Below are positions 13,851-26,524 of a stretch of 64,000 bases of DNA, in pieces. The notes beneath the pieces were generated by a model. That model was given only the letters and a program-made list of their open reading frames with translations. It made no database searches and had not been told where the DNA came from. The stretch is from the NCBI RefSeq assembly GCF_009914755.1, contig NC_060927.1. One strand, written 5' to 3'. This DNA comes from the human T2T-CHM13v2.0 reference genome, Homo sapiens. Made by a program: the position numbers and the translations under genes. Each line of letters opens with the position of its first letter. Within the stretch, counting starts at the first letter, position 1.

Positions 13851-16177
13851 TTAGAATTCCACTTTGGTGTGAATCTAACCTAGACAAGTTGATACTTTTT
13901 CCTGTTTTTTTTTCCCATAAGTTAAAGCTATACTGAGTTTATTAATGAAGTTATTAATAAAATTATTTATAACCCTAATATATTCCTGGTTCTAGCTGAC
14001 TTTACCTGTAGTTACTAGGTATTTGAATAGAGTCAATTGAAGTATAAATTTTAAACCAAAACTAAACACTTTTTTCCCAAGAAACATTCGTCACACAGGT
14101 GCATATAAAATACATGCTTACATCTGAATTTGCATATAAAGTGTTGTAGGAAAATTAGAAAGCATATGGTCTTTTCTTCTTTTTCATTGTCTAAGAAGCA
14201 CTAAAGCCAAATAACTTGGCATGATTCTTCCAGTTTTACTCTTTTTAAATAGCTTTATTGTCAGGCAGATGGGGAGTGCTAGCCACTTATTAAAATTACA
14301 CTTGTACATATCGTAAGAATGTTTTATATTTATTCATGAATATAAAATTTTTAGAATTGGCATTTAAAACCAAAAAAAACCTGTCATAGAGTTGAGTAAC
14401 AACTTTATTTGTCACTTTGAAACCACTTTGAAATATCTTGCAGCATGGACGGTTGCCTAATTAATATTCCAAGATTCAGGTTCTCTTTAATGATGTTTTT
14501 AAAAGCTCTCCATCTTAGGAAGCCAAAGATAATCATAGAGTAGAGATTGAATTACATGGAAAGAATGAACTTTAAGATGTGGCATCTCTTCCAAGTTGTA
14601 TTAGGAAAATATATATGGGAAAACATTATCGTATACTTTGTAATAGGTACTTTCCCGCCCTCTGTGAAGAGTTTAAAAATCAGTACTTACACTGGATAGT
14701 TTTCAAGCATCATTTTGTGAGTGAATAATCTGAGCCAAAGAGATGTAACATAGTCCATGAACACCAGACAGTTAAAAGATTCTTCTACTTTAGAGGTTTT
14801 TTAAAGACTGATTTAAAATTAAAAAACAGATATCTATTTATTCATCACAATTTTGTGCTACAAATTTGAAGAAGTAGAGGATAACATTCTTTTGGGTACT
14901 TAATGAATATTTTTCAAATAAATATCTGAATTACTAATACATCTCTTAGATTCATATTGCAGCTAGAGAAATAACTGCATCATTTGCTGAAGAACATTTG
15001 AAAATGTAGAATTTCTTATTTGACACATGAAAATATATTACATAATTTAATATATCAATGAAGACAGGTAAATACATAGATAACTACATATATAGATACA
15101 AACCAGAATATGCAGGTAATTGACTTTGAAAATTTGTCCTGAAGACAAAACTTTTAGACAGTTTTGAGGAGATACTATGTGATAAGGCAAATTTTATAAA
15201 ACTGAAGTCAAAACTAAACCTTCTGTCATTCAAAACTATCATATGTCAAAACGTTTTTAGGTAGAACTTTAATAGAACTTTAGCATCTTATAATGTCATA
15301 TCCCTGATAAACTTGAGTGTATGCAGAGAATCTGCCAAAATTTAATGAGCACATGTCTGAACAACCATTACTTTGTGGCTAAAGATATTTCTTTCCAATT
15401 TCTCTCCCCAGTATGGTTACTCTGCCTCTTTAATTTATCCTTTTAATATGTGCAGCAAGTGAAGAAATAGAAAGCTTGGGGGAAAATGAACTGCTATAAA
15501 AATGCAAGTATCTCCAGGGTTTTTCTACATTCTCTTTTCTTTATCCCTCTTTATTTCTGTTTTATCAAATAAAATCTTTTTCTCCTCATAGTTGCAGTAT
15601 CCAAATTGTGTTTTTTAACACGTGTATCAAATGGATAAAGTTTAATAGTATAAATTGCCAAACAAAATTGGCATAAGAGTTTCTCCAGGACCACAGTTTG
15701 GTGTACAATATGATACCAAATATATCCTAAAAATTATTTTCTCTTAATTTAGTTATAGATGAAATGCCAGGTGTTGTATTGCAAGGGTGATTAAAATCAA
15801 CTTAGCTCCTTGGAATCTTTACCTTTGTCTACATAAAGCTGTTAAAGGAAACTGGAACCCGCTTTTTCTCAGTGATGACATCCAATTGTTTTCCCTTATA
15901 TATAGGGCTATGAAAGTATGCTATGAGTTTAGCAAACCTATCTTTGCAATGTGTATGTGTTATGTAGCTTGGATTTGTTTCAAAATCTGTAGAGAGGCTG
16001 CAAAATTTGTAACCACCTTATAGAAAAGTCAGGTGTACTCCCTTCCACTGCCCTTCACATTTTCATTGTATCCATGCTTTCCTTTGCATGTTCCTCTAAG
16101 ATAAGAGTTAATAAGTTGTAAAAACAAACAAACAAAAAAAAAAAACAAAAGAAAAAATGTCTCTGATACCTTAGCAT

Positions 16178-16400
16178 AGTGTTTCTGAACCACTTTCCAT
16201 TACTGCCCCTTAAAGGAGTCTTTTCAACAATTTTTCCTAATTGCTATTCCCTTGAAATGTTACTACTACAGATAAACTGTACATCTGTTTATATACTGTA
16301 TTTGTGTTTTAATACATAAAATACTTGATTTTTGGCTCACTCCCCTGAATCTATTTTTGCCCCCTTAAGGTTAGCATTGCCTCCCTTGAGAATGCAGGCT
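16178..16400. mobile_element. hAT-Charlie-type MITE remnant
   Basis: Degenerate termini tagtgtttctgaac ... ttgagaatgcaggctg around an AT-rich core. Confidence 0.45.
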
Positions 16401-16520
16401 GTGGCAGTATTAGATTGTCCACTCTAGTCAGGTAGGACACATTGTCATGTGCTGTTCTGTATGTTCCCTCTTTTGACTTCCCCTTAGAAATGCTTTAATA
16501 ATTACATTATTCAAAGGCAT

Positions 16521-17003
16521 AGCCAGCCATGGTGGCACTCACCTTTGGTTCCAGCTACTCGGGAGGCTTAGGCAGGGGGATCACTTGGGCTCAGGAGTTC
16601 AAGACCAGCCTGGGCAACTGGAGTCTGTTCTCACGTGGCTAATAAAAACATACCCAAGATTGGGTAATGTATAAAGGAAAGAGGTTTAATGGACCCACAG
16701 TTCCACATGGCTGGGGAGACCTCACAATCATGGCAGAAGTCGAATGAGGAGCAAAGTCACATATTACATGGTGGCAGGCAAGAGATCTTGTGCAGGGGAA
16801 CTTGTATTTATAAAACCATCAGATCTCATAAGACGCATTTACTACCACCAGAATAGTATGGGGAAAACTGCCCTCGTGATTGAATTATCTTCACCTGGCC
16901 CTGCCCTTGACTCATGGGGATTATTGCAATTCAAGGTGAGATATGGGTGCGGACACAGTCAAACCATATCAGCAACATAGTGAAAACCTTGTATTTTAAA
17001 AAG
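16521..17003 (+). mobile_element. FLAM monomer split by a THE1 LTR
   Basis: gccagccatggtggcac...accagcctgggcaac, interrupted, resumes gcaacatagtgaaaaccttg at 16972. Confidence 0.85.
16619..16971 (-). mobile_element. THE1 (B/C-like) MaLR solo LTR
   Basis: gtctgttctcacgtggctaataaaaacatacccaag...ggacacagtcaaaccatatca; exact 5-bp TSD gcaac (16614-16618, 16972-16976). Confidence 0.93.
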
Positions 17004-17035
17004 AAAAAGAGAGAGAGAGAGAAATAAAAATGCAC

Positions 17036-17074
17036 CCTTCCTTCCTTCCTTTCTTCCTTCTTTCCTTCTTTCCT

Positions 17075-17143
<69 letters not shown>

Positions 17144-17200
17144 TTTCTTTCTTTCTTGTCTTTCTTTCTTTCTTTCTTTCTTGTCTTTCTGTCTTTCTTT
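17036..17200. repeat. (TTCC)n(TTTC)n microsatellite
   Basis: Directly visible polypyrimidine tetranucleotide tract. Confidence 0.97.
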
Positions 17201-17227
17201 TAGAGTTCATTGCATTTTTTGTCTTCA

Positions 17228-17970
17228 ACTATTATTTTAAGTTCAGGTGTACATGTGCAGGATGTGCAGGTTTGTTCCATAGGTAAATGTGTGCCATGGT
17301 GGTTTGCTGCACAGATCCACCCATCACCTAGGTATTAAGCCCAGCAGTCATTAGCTATTCTTCCAGATGATGTCACTCCCACCACCCTCCCAACTACAGG
17401 CCCCAGTGTGTGTTGTTTCCCCACTATGTGTCCATGTGTTCTCATCGTTCATCTCTCACTTATAAGTGAGAACGTGTAGTGTTTGGTTTTCTGTTCCTGT
17501 GTTAGTTTGCTGAGGATAACAACTTCCAGCTCCATTTATGTCCCTGCAAAGGACATGATCTTGTTCCTTTTTATGGCTGCATAGTATTCCATGGTGTATA
17601 TGTACCACATTTTCTTTATCCGGTCTGTCACTGTGGACATTTGGGTTGATTCCATGTCTCTGCTGTTGTGAATAGTGCTGCAATGAGCATACATGTACAT
17701 ATATCTTTTTGCTAGAATGATTTATATTCCTTTGGGTATATACCCAGTAATGGGATTGCCGGGTCAAACAGGATTGTCTTTCTGGTTCTAGATCCCTGAG
17801 GAATTGCCACACCATCTTCCACAATGCTGGAAATAATTTACGTTACCACCAACAGTGTAAAAACATTTCTTTTTCTCTGCAAACTCACCAGCATCTGTTG
17901 TTTCTTAACTTTTTAATAATCACCATTCTGACTGGCATGAGATAGTATCTCATTGTGGTTTTGATTTGCA
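17228..17970 (-). mobile_element. L1PA 3' end, 5'-truncated
   Basis: ttaagttcaggtgtacatgtgcaggatgtgcagg...ccattctgactggcatgagatagtatctcattgtggttttgatttgca; ORF 17456..17824 begins with an ORF2 C-terminal remnant (WKMVWQFLRDLE). Confidence 0.95.
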
Positions 17971-18454
17971 AGGAAATGCAGTTTTCTTTGTCTATTTCAG
18001 AAAGAGCACAGGGGATGGGAAAAGATGAGAATAAGCTAGCCCCCTCCTCTCTAAAGAGAGAATTTATATTTTGGTTCTTATAGATGACATTCTTAGAATT
18101 AATATATATTCCATGAATGAGAAGCCATGTAAATCTACTTAAACAGCCATGCTAAAGGATTAAGGTTGTTTGCCATTATCATCTCCAGTAGCTCCCATAG
18201 ACTTCCACTATGTTAATGACAAATAATATGTGTATCCTCCATTCAATCTCTACTCTGGCCTTCCTGATAACACTGTAACTCATATCTTTCCAAACCCTAT
18301 AAATAGATGCATATTTAGGGGTTATGTCCTGGACTGAGGTACAGTGTTGCTAGAAAATAAATATAACACAAAACACATAAACCAATTTTATGAATTAGGC
18401 TAATTTATGCAAGATGATGATATGTGAATGATGAGAAATTATGAATTATTATTA

Positions 18455-18590
18455 CATATATTAAATGCTTATTAGAATCCAGGTACAGTGTTAAAAACTT
18501 TCCATAGATTTTCTAATTTTTATCCTCACAATAAACCTATAGATACTTTTGTTATTTTTACTTTATAGATAAGAAAAATAATATCCAAAG
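18455..18590 (-). mobile_element. MIR fragment
   Basis: atcctcacaataaacctatagatac...tttactttatagataagaaaa. Confidence 0.55.
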
Positions 18591-20869
18591 TGCATTTTAA
18601 ATACTGGTTTAAATAGCTAATTTTATTGATGGTTATAATGCGAGAAGAGATTATAAAAATCAGAGTTGACTAATTTTTGCTTCACTTTTTTATGGTGGCT
18701 TTCTGTCTTGCCAGTTGTGGAGATAGTAGCAATAAGTACAAAAATAAAATAGCCACCAGGAGGAAAAAAGACAAACAAAAATATGACTTAAATTCAAACT
18801 CAGACTCTAAAATTGGCTGTTTTGAAACTAACAATTGTTCTAATCGTAATCATGGTAACAGCTGGCATTAGTTAACCGCTTACTAAATCATCATCACCTT
18901 CACAGCAGCATTTTCATTTTACTGAAGAGGAGACAAAGGGTTAGAGATGCTAATCATATTCCTTAGATTCTAGACCTCGATATTTTATTAGTGATGGTCT
19001 GGATTATTTGTTGTTGTGAGATGTGTTAAGGGTAATTAAATAGCCTTCTAAGAAAACTGAAAACGTCTCTTTTTTTCACGTAAACAATTATCACAATATA
19101 AAATGAGTAGAATGTGCCATTTTTTTAAACGCCTAAATTTTTAGAATCGTATATATTTTCTGAATATAATTGCCCATGACCATAAATTTTTTTAACTCTT
19201 TTGAGTTTAATACAGTGTACCTTTTCTTTTGAAAATTTTCAGTAACTTAATGACGGCATTGCTTATACGGGAAACATTATGCAAATGACTCACAATGAAG
19301 TCTGTGAGTTTAGTTAAGCTTGAGAAAAAGTTTGTAATTAACAAATTAGCATTTGAAAAAGACATTTGAATATGCATAGTAGAAAATTCCACTTAACTTG
19401 TGGGGTGTGTTCATAATGATTATTTCAGAATTCATGCATATGCATCTTTTAACATGCAAATATTTTAAACCTTAGTGGACTAGTCCAGATCTGGCTCATT
19501 TCTGTTGTGGTTGTTGTTTTAGTTAAATGTTGAAAATTGTAAATAAGGCATCATGAATACACATACTAACATGTGGAGTCCTCTTTACTTCTCTTTGATA
19601 TAGTCTTTTTAATTATTAAAGACACAATATTAAATACTTTCTATTTATTATTACTTCACTGTGGATAAAAATAACATTAAGAAAAAAAAATCTTGGTATC
19701 TGACTTTTCCTACCAAAGTGTATAATGTGTACTAGAATGCTATAGTCAGGACTTCATTTACCTTTATGTTCAATTGTGCTGTTAGAAATTAGAGTTTGAT
19801 GTCTCACATACACACACAGACATTACATTATTCATAAAAAGTGGCAAGAATACCTTGTGATTACTTTTAAACCTCTCTTATATAATATATTGGCTTCATT
19901 GTAAAGTATATTTTCTTAACAATTTTTTAGGTAGGTCATAACCCTCCTCTGTTTAAAAAACTCTACCAGTTCTTGATTAATTATCAGATATGATCTCAGA
20001 CCTTTAGTTCAGCATTGAGGACTGTTCTCCAATACAAAGCACCTCTCTCACCTACATCTCTTCACATGTTCCATTCTAATCTGGCCTCGATTCTAATTCT
20101 TATGCTTTCTATAAATGCATGATCGCTAACCCATCTAAATGTTTAGACAAACCGCTTTTCTGCCGTTATACCTTACTCACCTTACTTAGGCTACATGATA
20201 TTTTCCCTTGATGAATTCCTACAGTATTTATAGTTCAACTATTATGTTCCCTGCAAAATGGTTATGTGGAAAGTTATAGCTAATTTAAATCTAGGGTTGA
20301 TAAATATGTGAATTCTTTGCCTTTCTAGATAGAGAAATTATGTCTTGTTTTGGTTTGGCCAACCTCCTAAAATCCAATAGGCAACTGAGGACAGAAGATT
20401 GGGCTTGACTTGGCTTACACAGAGGATGGGCATCTGTTTCTAATGAACTCGTAATTTATGCCCCATCTTGTAGCCAAAAGGAATTAATAGACCTACAGAC
20501 ATAAAAAATGAATAAACTATTTTTTCCACACTAGTTTGTCCATAACACGACACTAGAAAATAAGGTCATTACATGGTCTCATGAAACCCCTGCCAATCCT
20601 ATGACTTGATGTATTTTAGGTTCTTTCACTTTGCTTTATGTATTTGTTGTGACTCTTTGACAATATCTGATGTTTAACTTTGCCTTCAGAAATTTGCCAT
20701 GGTTCAACTTCCTTTCAGTGCTCCTGCCTTCCTTTTCAGTTTATTGATAGTTTCCCTTGCCCTAGACACTCATGTGGACACTGATTACACAAAACCAATC
20801 AAAATCGACATTGGAAAAGCAAAATAATTAAGAATTAAAATCAGCCAGTTCCTGACACTAGCTCCAAGG

Positions 20870-21085
20870 ACTAGACAGGTGACACCTGAACAGAGTGGAA
20901 AATAGTTGTTGGGAAGTATTCCAGGCACAAGGAACAGAATATGCAAGGGCATTCAATAATCAATGTCTCTGAGGACATCAAGTGGAATATAAAACTAGCT
21001 GTATTATCAGATATCAGAAAGGCCTTATGAGCCACGCTTACACTTTGCAACATACTAGAAAAAAAGTCATTCAAAGGTTGTATAA
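20870..21085 (-). mobile_element. L2 fragment
   Basis: ggaagtattccaggcacaaggaacagaatatgcaagggc...aaggccttatgagccac. Confidence 0.55.
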
Positions 21086-21482
21086 TCAATCCTAGCTGAA
21101 GATGCTTGCAATTGTTCATTTTCCTATAAACATGTATGGACAGTGGATAAATCCCAAATTTTTACTCTGAAGCTTGTGTTGTCCAGATTAGATTTGCTGT
21201 TTACCTTAGTTTTATTTCCTGACCAATTTTCAATCCTTCTTTCTTTTGTTACCTCCCAGACACTTGCTTTTTAAAAAACTATATTTTTACAAAAACAAAA
21301 GGACAAAAGGTTTTTCTAGACAGTGTTAGTGCATTCAATACAGAAAGTTTCCAGTTAGACAAGAATTTTACTGTCTCTATATGAAGACTTCACTTTGCAC
21401 TAAATATAAGAAAAAATATAAGGAAGAAGAAATGTAAGAAAAAAAAAACCACCAGAAATAGTCTTAGAAATGCGTATGTTTG

Positions 21483-22125
21483 TACATTCATCCCTCAGTA
21501 TCTGTGAGGAATTTGTTCCAGGACCTCCCATGGATGCTCAAGTCTCTGATATAAAATAACATATTATTTGCCTATCACCTATGTGCATCCTTCTATATAC
21601 TTTAAATCAGATGTCCCCAACATTTTAGGCACCAGGGACTGGTTGTGTGGAAGATGATATTTCCATGGATGGTGCAGGGGAAGGAAGGATGGTTTCAGGA
21701 TGAAACTGTTTCACCTCGGTCATCAGGTGTTCAAGCAGTAGATTCTCATAAGGAGCAGGCAACCTAGATTCCTCACATACGCAGTTCACAATAGGGTAAG
21801 CACTTCTATGAGAATCTAATGCCGCTGCTGATCTGACAGGAGGCGGAGCTCAGGCGGTAATGCTCGCTCCCTCCTGCTGTGCAGCCCGTTTCCTACCAGG
21901 CCACAGACCAGTATGAGTCCCTGGCCCCGGGGCTGTGGACCCCTGCTTGAAATCATCTCTGGATTACTTTTAATATTTACTACAATGTAAATGCTATGTA
22001 AATAGTTAATACTGTATTGCTTAGGGAATCATGACAAGGAAAAAATGTCTCTACATGTTCAGTGCAGACATAATCAACCATTTTTTTCTAAATACTTTTG
22101 ATGCAGTTTGCAGATATGGAGGGTT
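21483..22125. mobile_element. MER2 (TcMar-Tigger MITE) split by MER1B
   Basis: tacattcatccctcagtatctgtg...gttccaggacctccc and catctctggattac...gcagatatggaggg flank the MER1B insertion. Confidence 0.8.
21608..21945. mobile_element. MER1B (hAT-Charlie MITE)
   Basis: cagatgtccccaac...gtggacccctg termini, internal gatctgacaggaggcggagctcaggcggtaatgc; 8-bp TSD ctttaaat/cttgaaat. Confidence 0.9.
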
Positions 22126-23981
22126 AATTTAATTTTGCAAGCTCTTATAATCAACTATTGGGATTCATCATTATTTTCAGGGTTTTTCTCCTCCTTTTAT
22201 GACTGAATTTATTTTTTTAAATAACTGAATTACTGCATAAAATATAATTATTTTCATAACTTATAAGGATGTATAGACTGTAATTAGGCTGTTGTATGGT
22301 AGCTGACAGGTACTGCTGATGAAATTTTACTAAGTGACCAGAATAATAAAATTTATCACACAGGTTACTTCCTTTAGAGGTTCTACTTTTTGGTCTTCAA
22401 TATCTAACATGCTTTCTTTATTATTAATATAAATATAAAATAGATCTTAATGGTAGGGACAGATTTCTCTCTGTAAATAGAAGTACAAATTTTGTATGAA
22501 AAGTTGAAGAGAAATAAATATAATATTCCCAAATCTATCCACAACCATTCATACTTGATAAAATGTAAGTTTACTGTAAAATGAATGAATTATTGATGTA
22601 CTTAGCAAAACATTATATCTGCACAAAGTCATAAATTAAACAAACTCTAATACATTTTATGATAAGCATAATTTGACCTGAGTCCTTGTTAGCCTCAAAG
22701 CATAATATAATGATCAGAAAAATTGGGGGTCTAATCAATTAATTTGAAAATCTGCAATGAGATTATTATTTATCTAGAGTGAACGCTTTACTAGCATACA
22801 AATAAAGTTTTTATAAATGAAATAGAATAAATATCTAATTATTGGAACTTTTCCATTAAATAACTGATGGCATAAAGAGGCTTCTGCTTTAAAAAAAAAA
22901 AAAAAATAGTTGCTGATATAAACCTGAGAATTTAAATGTCAATTATGGCAAAAATATTTTCTGTATAACTTTGTTGTTTTTTAAAACATTATTAATGTAA
23001 CAGCTACTACATCTTATTATTTTCATCCATTCTGCAAATCTGGTGAATCTATTTAGTCTACATCTAGAACAACTAGAAAAATATGTATAATATATGTATC
23101 TAAAAGGGAAATGAAGATGCATGAAAATATCTAATTGTGTAAATACTGTTAAGCTAGAGAATTAAAGATGATAACCCCTTTTCACCATTCAGCCAAGCGT
23201 GAAGGAGCAAAAGAGATTCAAAACTTCATTAATTGCTCTCACACAACGTTACAGGCCACCTGCACTTCAAAGAATTTACATTGGAGCAGATGGATTGCTG
23301 AATGCGATATCAAAGAATTTCAGAATGTTTGTTTTAAAAATAACCTGGATTCTAAGGCAAGCACCAGCAAAGCATACAATTTACAAAGATGACAAAGCTT
23401 TTCTTATTAAAACTTCTAAAACGTATAAGTGAAGGCATATTTTTATCTCTAAAATAAGAGTATACATACCAACTACTCTTTAAAATGATCAAAGTTACAT
23501 ATTTAAATATATAAATGAAATATATTCATGCATTATTTGAGGCTTTTGAACATACCTAACTGGTTTCCTTTAGTAACTCCTAGATCAGTGAAATCTAGCT
23601 TTTTCCCAGTATAAGTTTTCACATCTCTCTGATTATTCAATCTTTTGAATAAAGATGGTCCATATGGAAAATGAGATTTTTAAAAAAGTTTAAGAGTAAC
23701 TTTTTTTGCAGAAACTCCTTTCACTTGTCATTTGATTCTGACTTGAGCTCGGTACTTTGATTGATAGGTCCTACTCGCAATGCACTGACAGAATCCACAT
23801 TGGAATAGCTAGTTAAGATGAATCAGAGCTAATCTAAATGCATCTTGGATCAGATTATGCTTTACTTTTGGAACATATTGTAATTTTTGTATTTTACAGA
23901 AGTTTCTATAGCTTTACCCACAAATTAAGTTTTACTTGGAATTTGCATCACAATATTTTCATTCTTTAAATATTGACGTAT

Positions 23982-24211
23982 CAGGGGTCAGAAAACAACA
24001 ACAGCTAGAGGGCTGAATCTGACCTTGTACCTGTTTTTGGGAAATAAGATTTTATTTTAGCACAGTCATACCCATTCAATTACTTATTGTCTGTGGCTGC
24101 TTTTGTGCTACAACAATAGAGCTGAGTAGTCACAATAGACAGTATGGCTTACCAAGCCCTAAGTGAGATATTTACTATTTGCCTCTTCACAGGAGAAATT
24201 TACTAACCCTG
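23982..24211 (+). mobile_element. MER58A (hAT-Charlie MITE)
   Basis: caggggtcagaaaac...ttgtctgtggctgcttttgtgctacaac...tttactaaccctg. Confidence 0.85.
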
Positions 24212-24224
24212 ATGTGCTAGCACA

Positions 24225-24420
24225 TGTTATAACCTTGGGTAAGTTTTCTTAAGCTCTCTGAGCATTAGGTTCCTCATCTGTAATATAAAGACACCGATGG
24301 TGTCTACCCAGATGTCCCTGCGTGTGGTAATAATAATGGTACCTAGCCGTGATGATTAAATGGGATAATATAAGCTGTTAGGAAAAGGCCTCGTTCACAA
24401 TAGGTCTGATACAAATGTCA
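24225..24420 (+). mobile_element. MIR
   Basis: accttgggtaagttttcttaagctctctgagcattaggttcctcatctgtaa. Confidence 0.75.
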
Positions 24421-24919
24421 CCCAACATCAACATCACTGTCATTTTCTCAGGAATAATGCTAGGTCATGGAGACTGAGAAGAGGGTTTCAAACTACATTA
24501 CTGTAGTCTGTTCATCTTCACTAGTCAAACAATAAAGTGGGTAGCGTGGTTTTGTATTATGATCATAGAATTTGAAGGTGGAAGCCCTGGGTATGATGAC
24601 AATTTGCCTTCTTCTTTGCTGTTTAATAAGACCTGCAGTGAGTAATGTAAACACTCTAATCCTCTCTTTCTTACCTGTAAAATTATAATAATATTATTAA
24701 TAATAATATCATCCCCCAATAGGCTGTATATTGTAAAGGGCCAATTAAATTAGAAATATGAAGTAGGGTAACTTGTAAGGTTGCAATACAAATCAAAGGT
24801 TTCACTGCCTCATTAACCGTACCTCACTTCCATGCTTTGAACTTTGGGGTAATGAATATGTGTAATTATTTAGCTAAGAGGGCTCAAGATTAACGCTTTT
24901 GTGTCGAGTGTTGCCACAC

Positions 24920-25230
24920 ACATCAACATGGATGATCTTACAGGCTAATGAGGGAAAGAAGCCAGAAGCCGAAGGCCACAGACAGTATTATCCCCTTTAT
25001 ATAAAGTTCTACACCTAGAAAATTAATCTTTGGTGATAGAAAAGAGAATCAGTTACCTTTCAGGGTGTGTGGAAGGGGCATAGGGTATTAATGGTAGAGA
25101 TTGTAGGAGGCAGGTGATGTTACCGGTCTTCTTGTGGGTATAGGTTACAGGGCTATGTTCACTTTCTACGACTTCATTGGCCAGAACACTTATGATTTGT
25201 ACATTTCACTGTAGGTGTAAAATGCTTACA
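24920..25230 (+). mobile_element. Ancient L1ME 3' fragment
   Basis: caacatggatgatcttaca...aaagaagccaga...atataaagttc...ggtgatagaa...acacttatgatttgtacatttcactgta. Confidence 0.65.
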
Positions 25231-25824
25231 AGAAGAACGAAATATTAAAACAAAAAAAGAGAAAATGAAAGAAAACAACAAAAGTGTTAAGTCCATCCAC
25301 TGATCCTGCTTTCAGAGCCATAAAAAAACCGTCTGCTATACAATCTATTTACCTCGTCCTCTCACTTACACCAATCTTTCTTTCCACAGCACCATAAAAT
25401 CTACCTACATACATGTAAGAAAATGGGACTCTCCTTTAGCCAGCCTTGTCTCCTATACCACCTTGAATACGTGATGTTTGACAGAAATGACGTTTTATTT
25501 TTCTCTTTATATAAATCCTATGATCTCCACTTTTACCCAAAGCCTTTTTTAAACTAAAGTATTATGACCTTAATGAGACTCATAGATCACGTTCACTCTC
25601 TATCTTACATGTATCATTGCGCTATTCTCCAAAGTTCTGTTTGAATTTTATTTTATATCACTCCTTTTCCTAAACTATGCACATGCTCATGAAGACAAGG
25701 CAAAACAAAAAGGAAAAATAAACAAATGAACAAACAAAAAATCCACAGGTCTTAATAGAGAGATAGGTTTGAGTAGCAAGAAAATATAGTTTAGAAAATA
25801 AATGTTATTTATTTTTGAAAAGAT

Positions 25825-25883
25825 AATGCCCTATATAATACCAAATGCCCTATATAAATACCAATGCCCTATATAAAACCAAA
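25825..25883. repeat. Three tandem copies of ~19 bp (aatgccctatataa(a)tacc)
   Basis: Directly visible. Confidence 0.85.
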
Positions 25884-26188
25884 AAGTATAAAAGCTATGA
25901 AGAGAAAATCAAGTCTCTATTTTACCCTAACCTTTAGGAAACCCATTCCCTTCTCAGAGGTAACACATGTTGCTGTTATTTTGTGCAAACTTTCATTATA
26001 TCTGTGAATAATCTGCGCATATGCATATAGCAGTGTGTTTTACAAAAATGGAAGCTTGTTGTAGACATTACCTTATACTCTATTTCCATAAGTGAATCAT
26101 GTATCTTGAACATCTTCCATGTTAATAAATATTGAGTTTAAAATACCCCCAAAAGTAATGGAAGCCTAGAAACACAAAATTATGGAGC

Positions 26189-26524
<336 letters not shown>

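Noticed and set aside
16959-17228. K/E/R-rich ORF
   Set aside because: Translation of the (GAAA)n microsatellite
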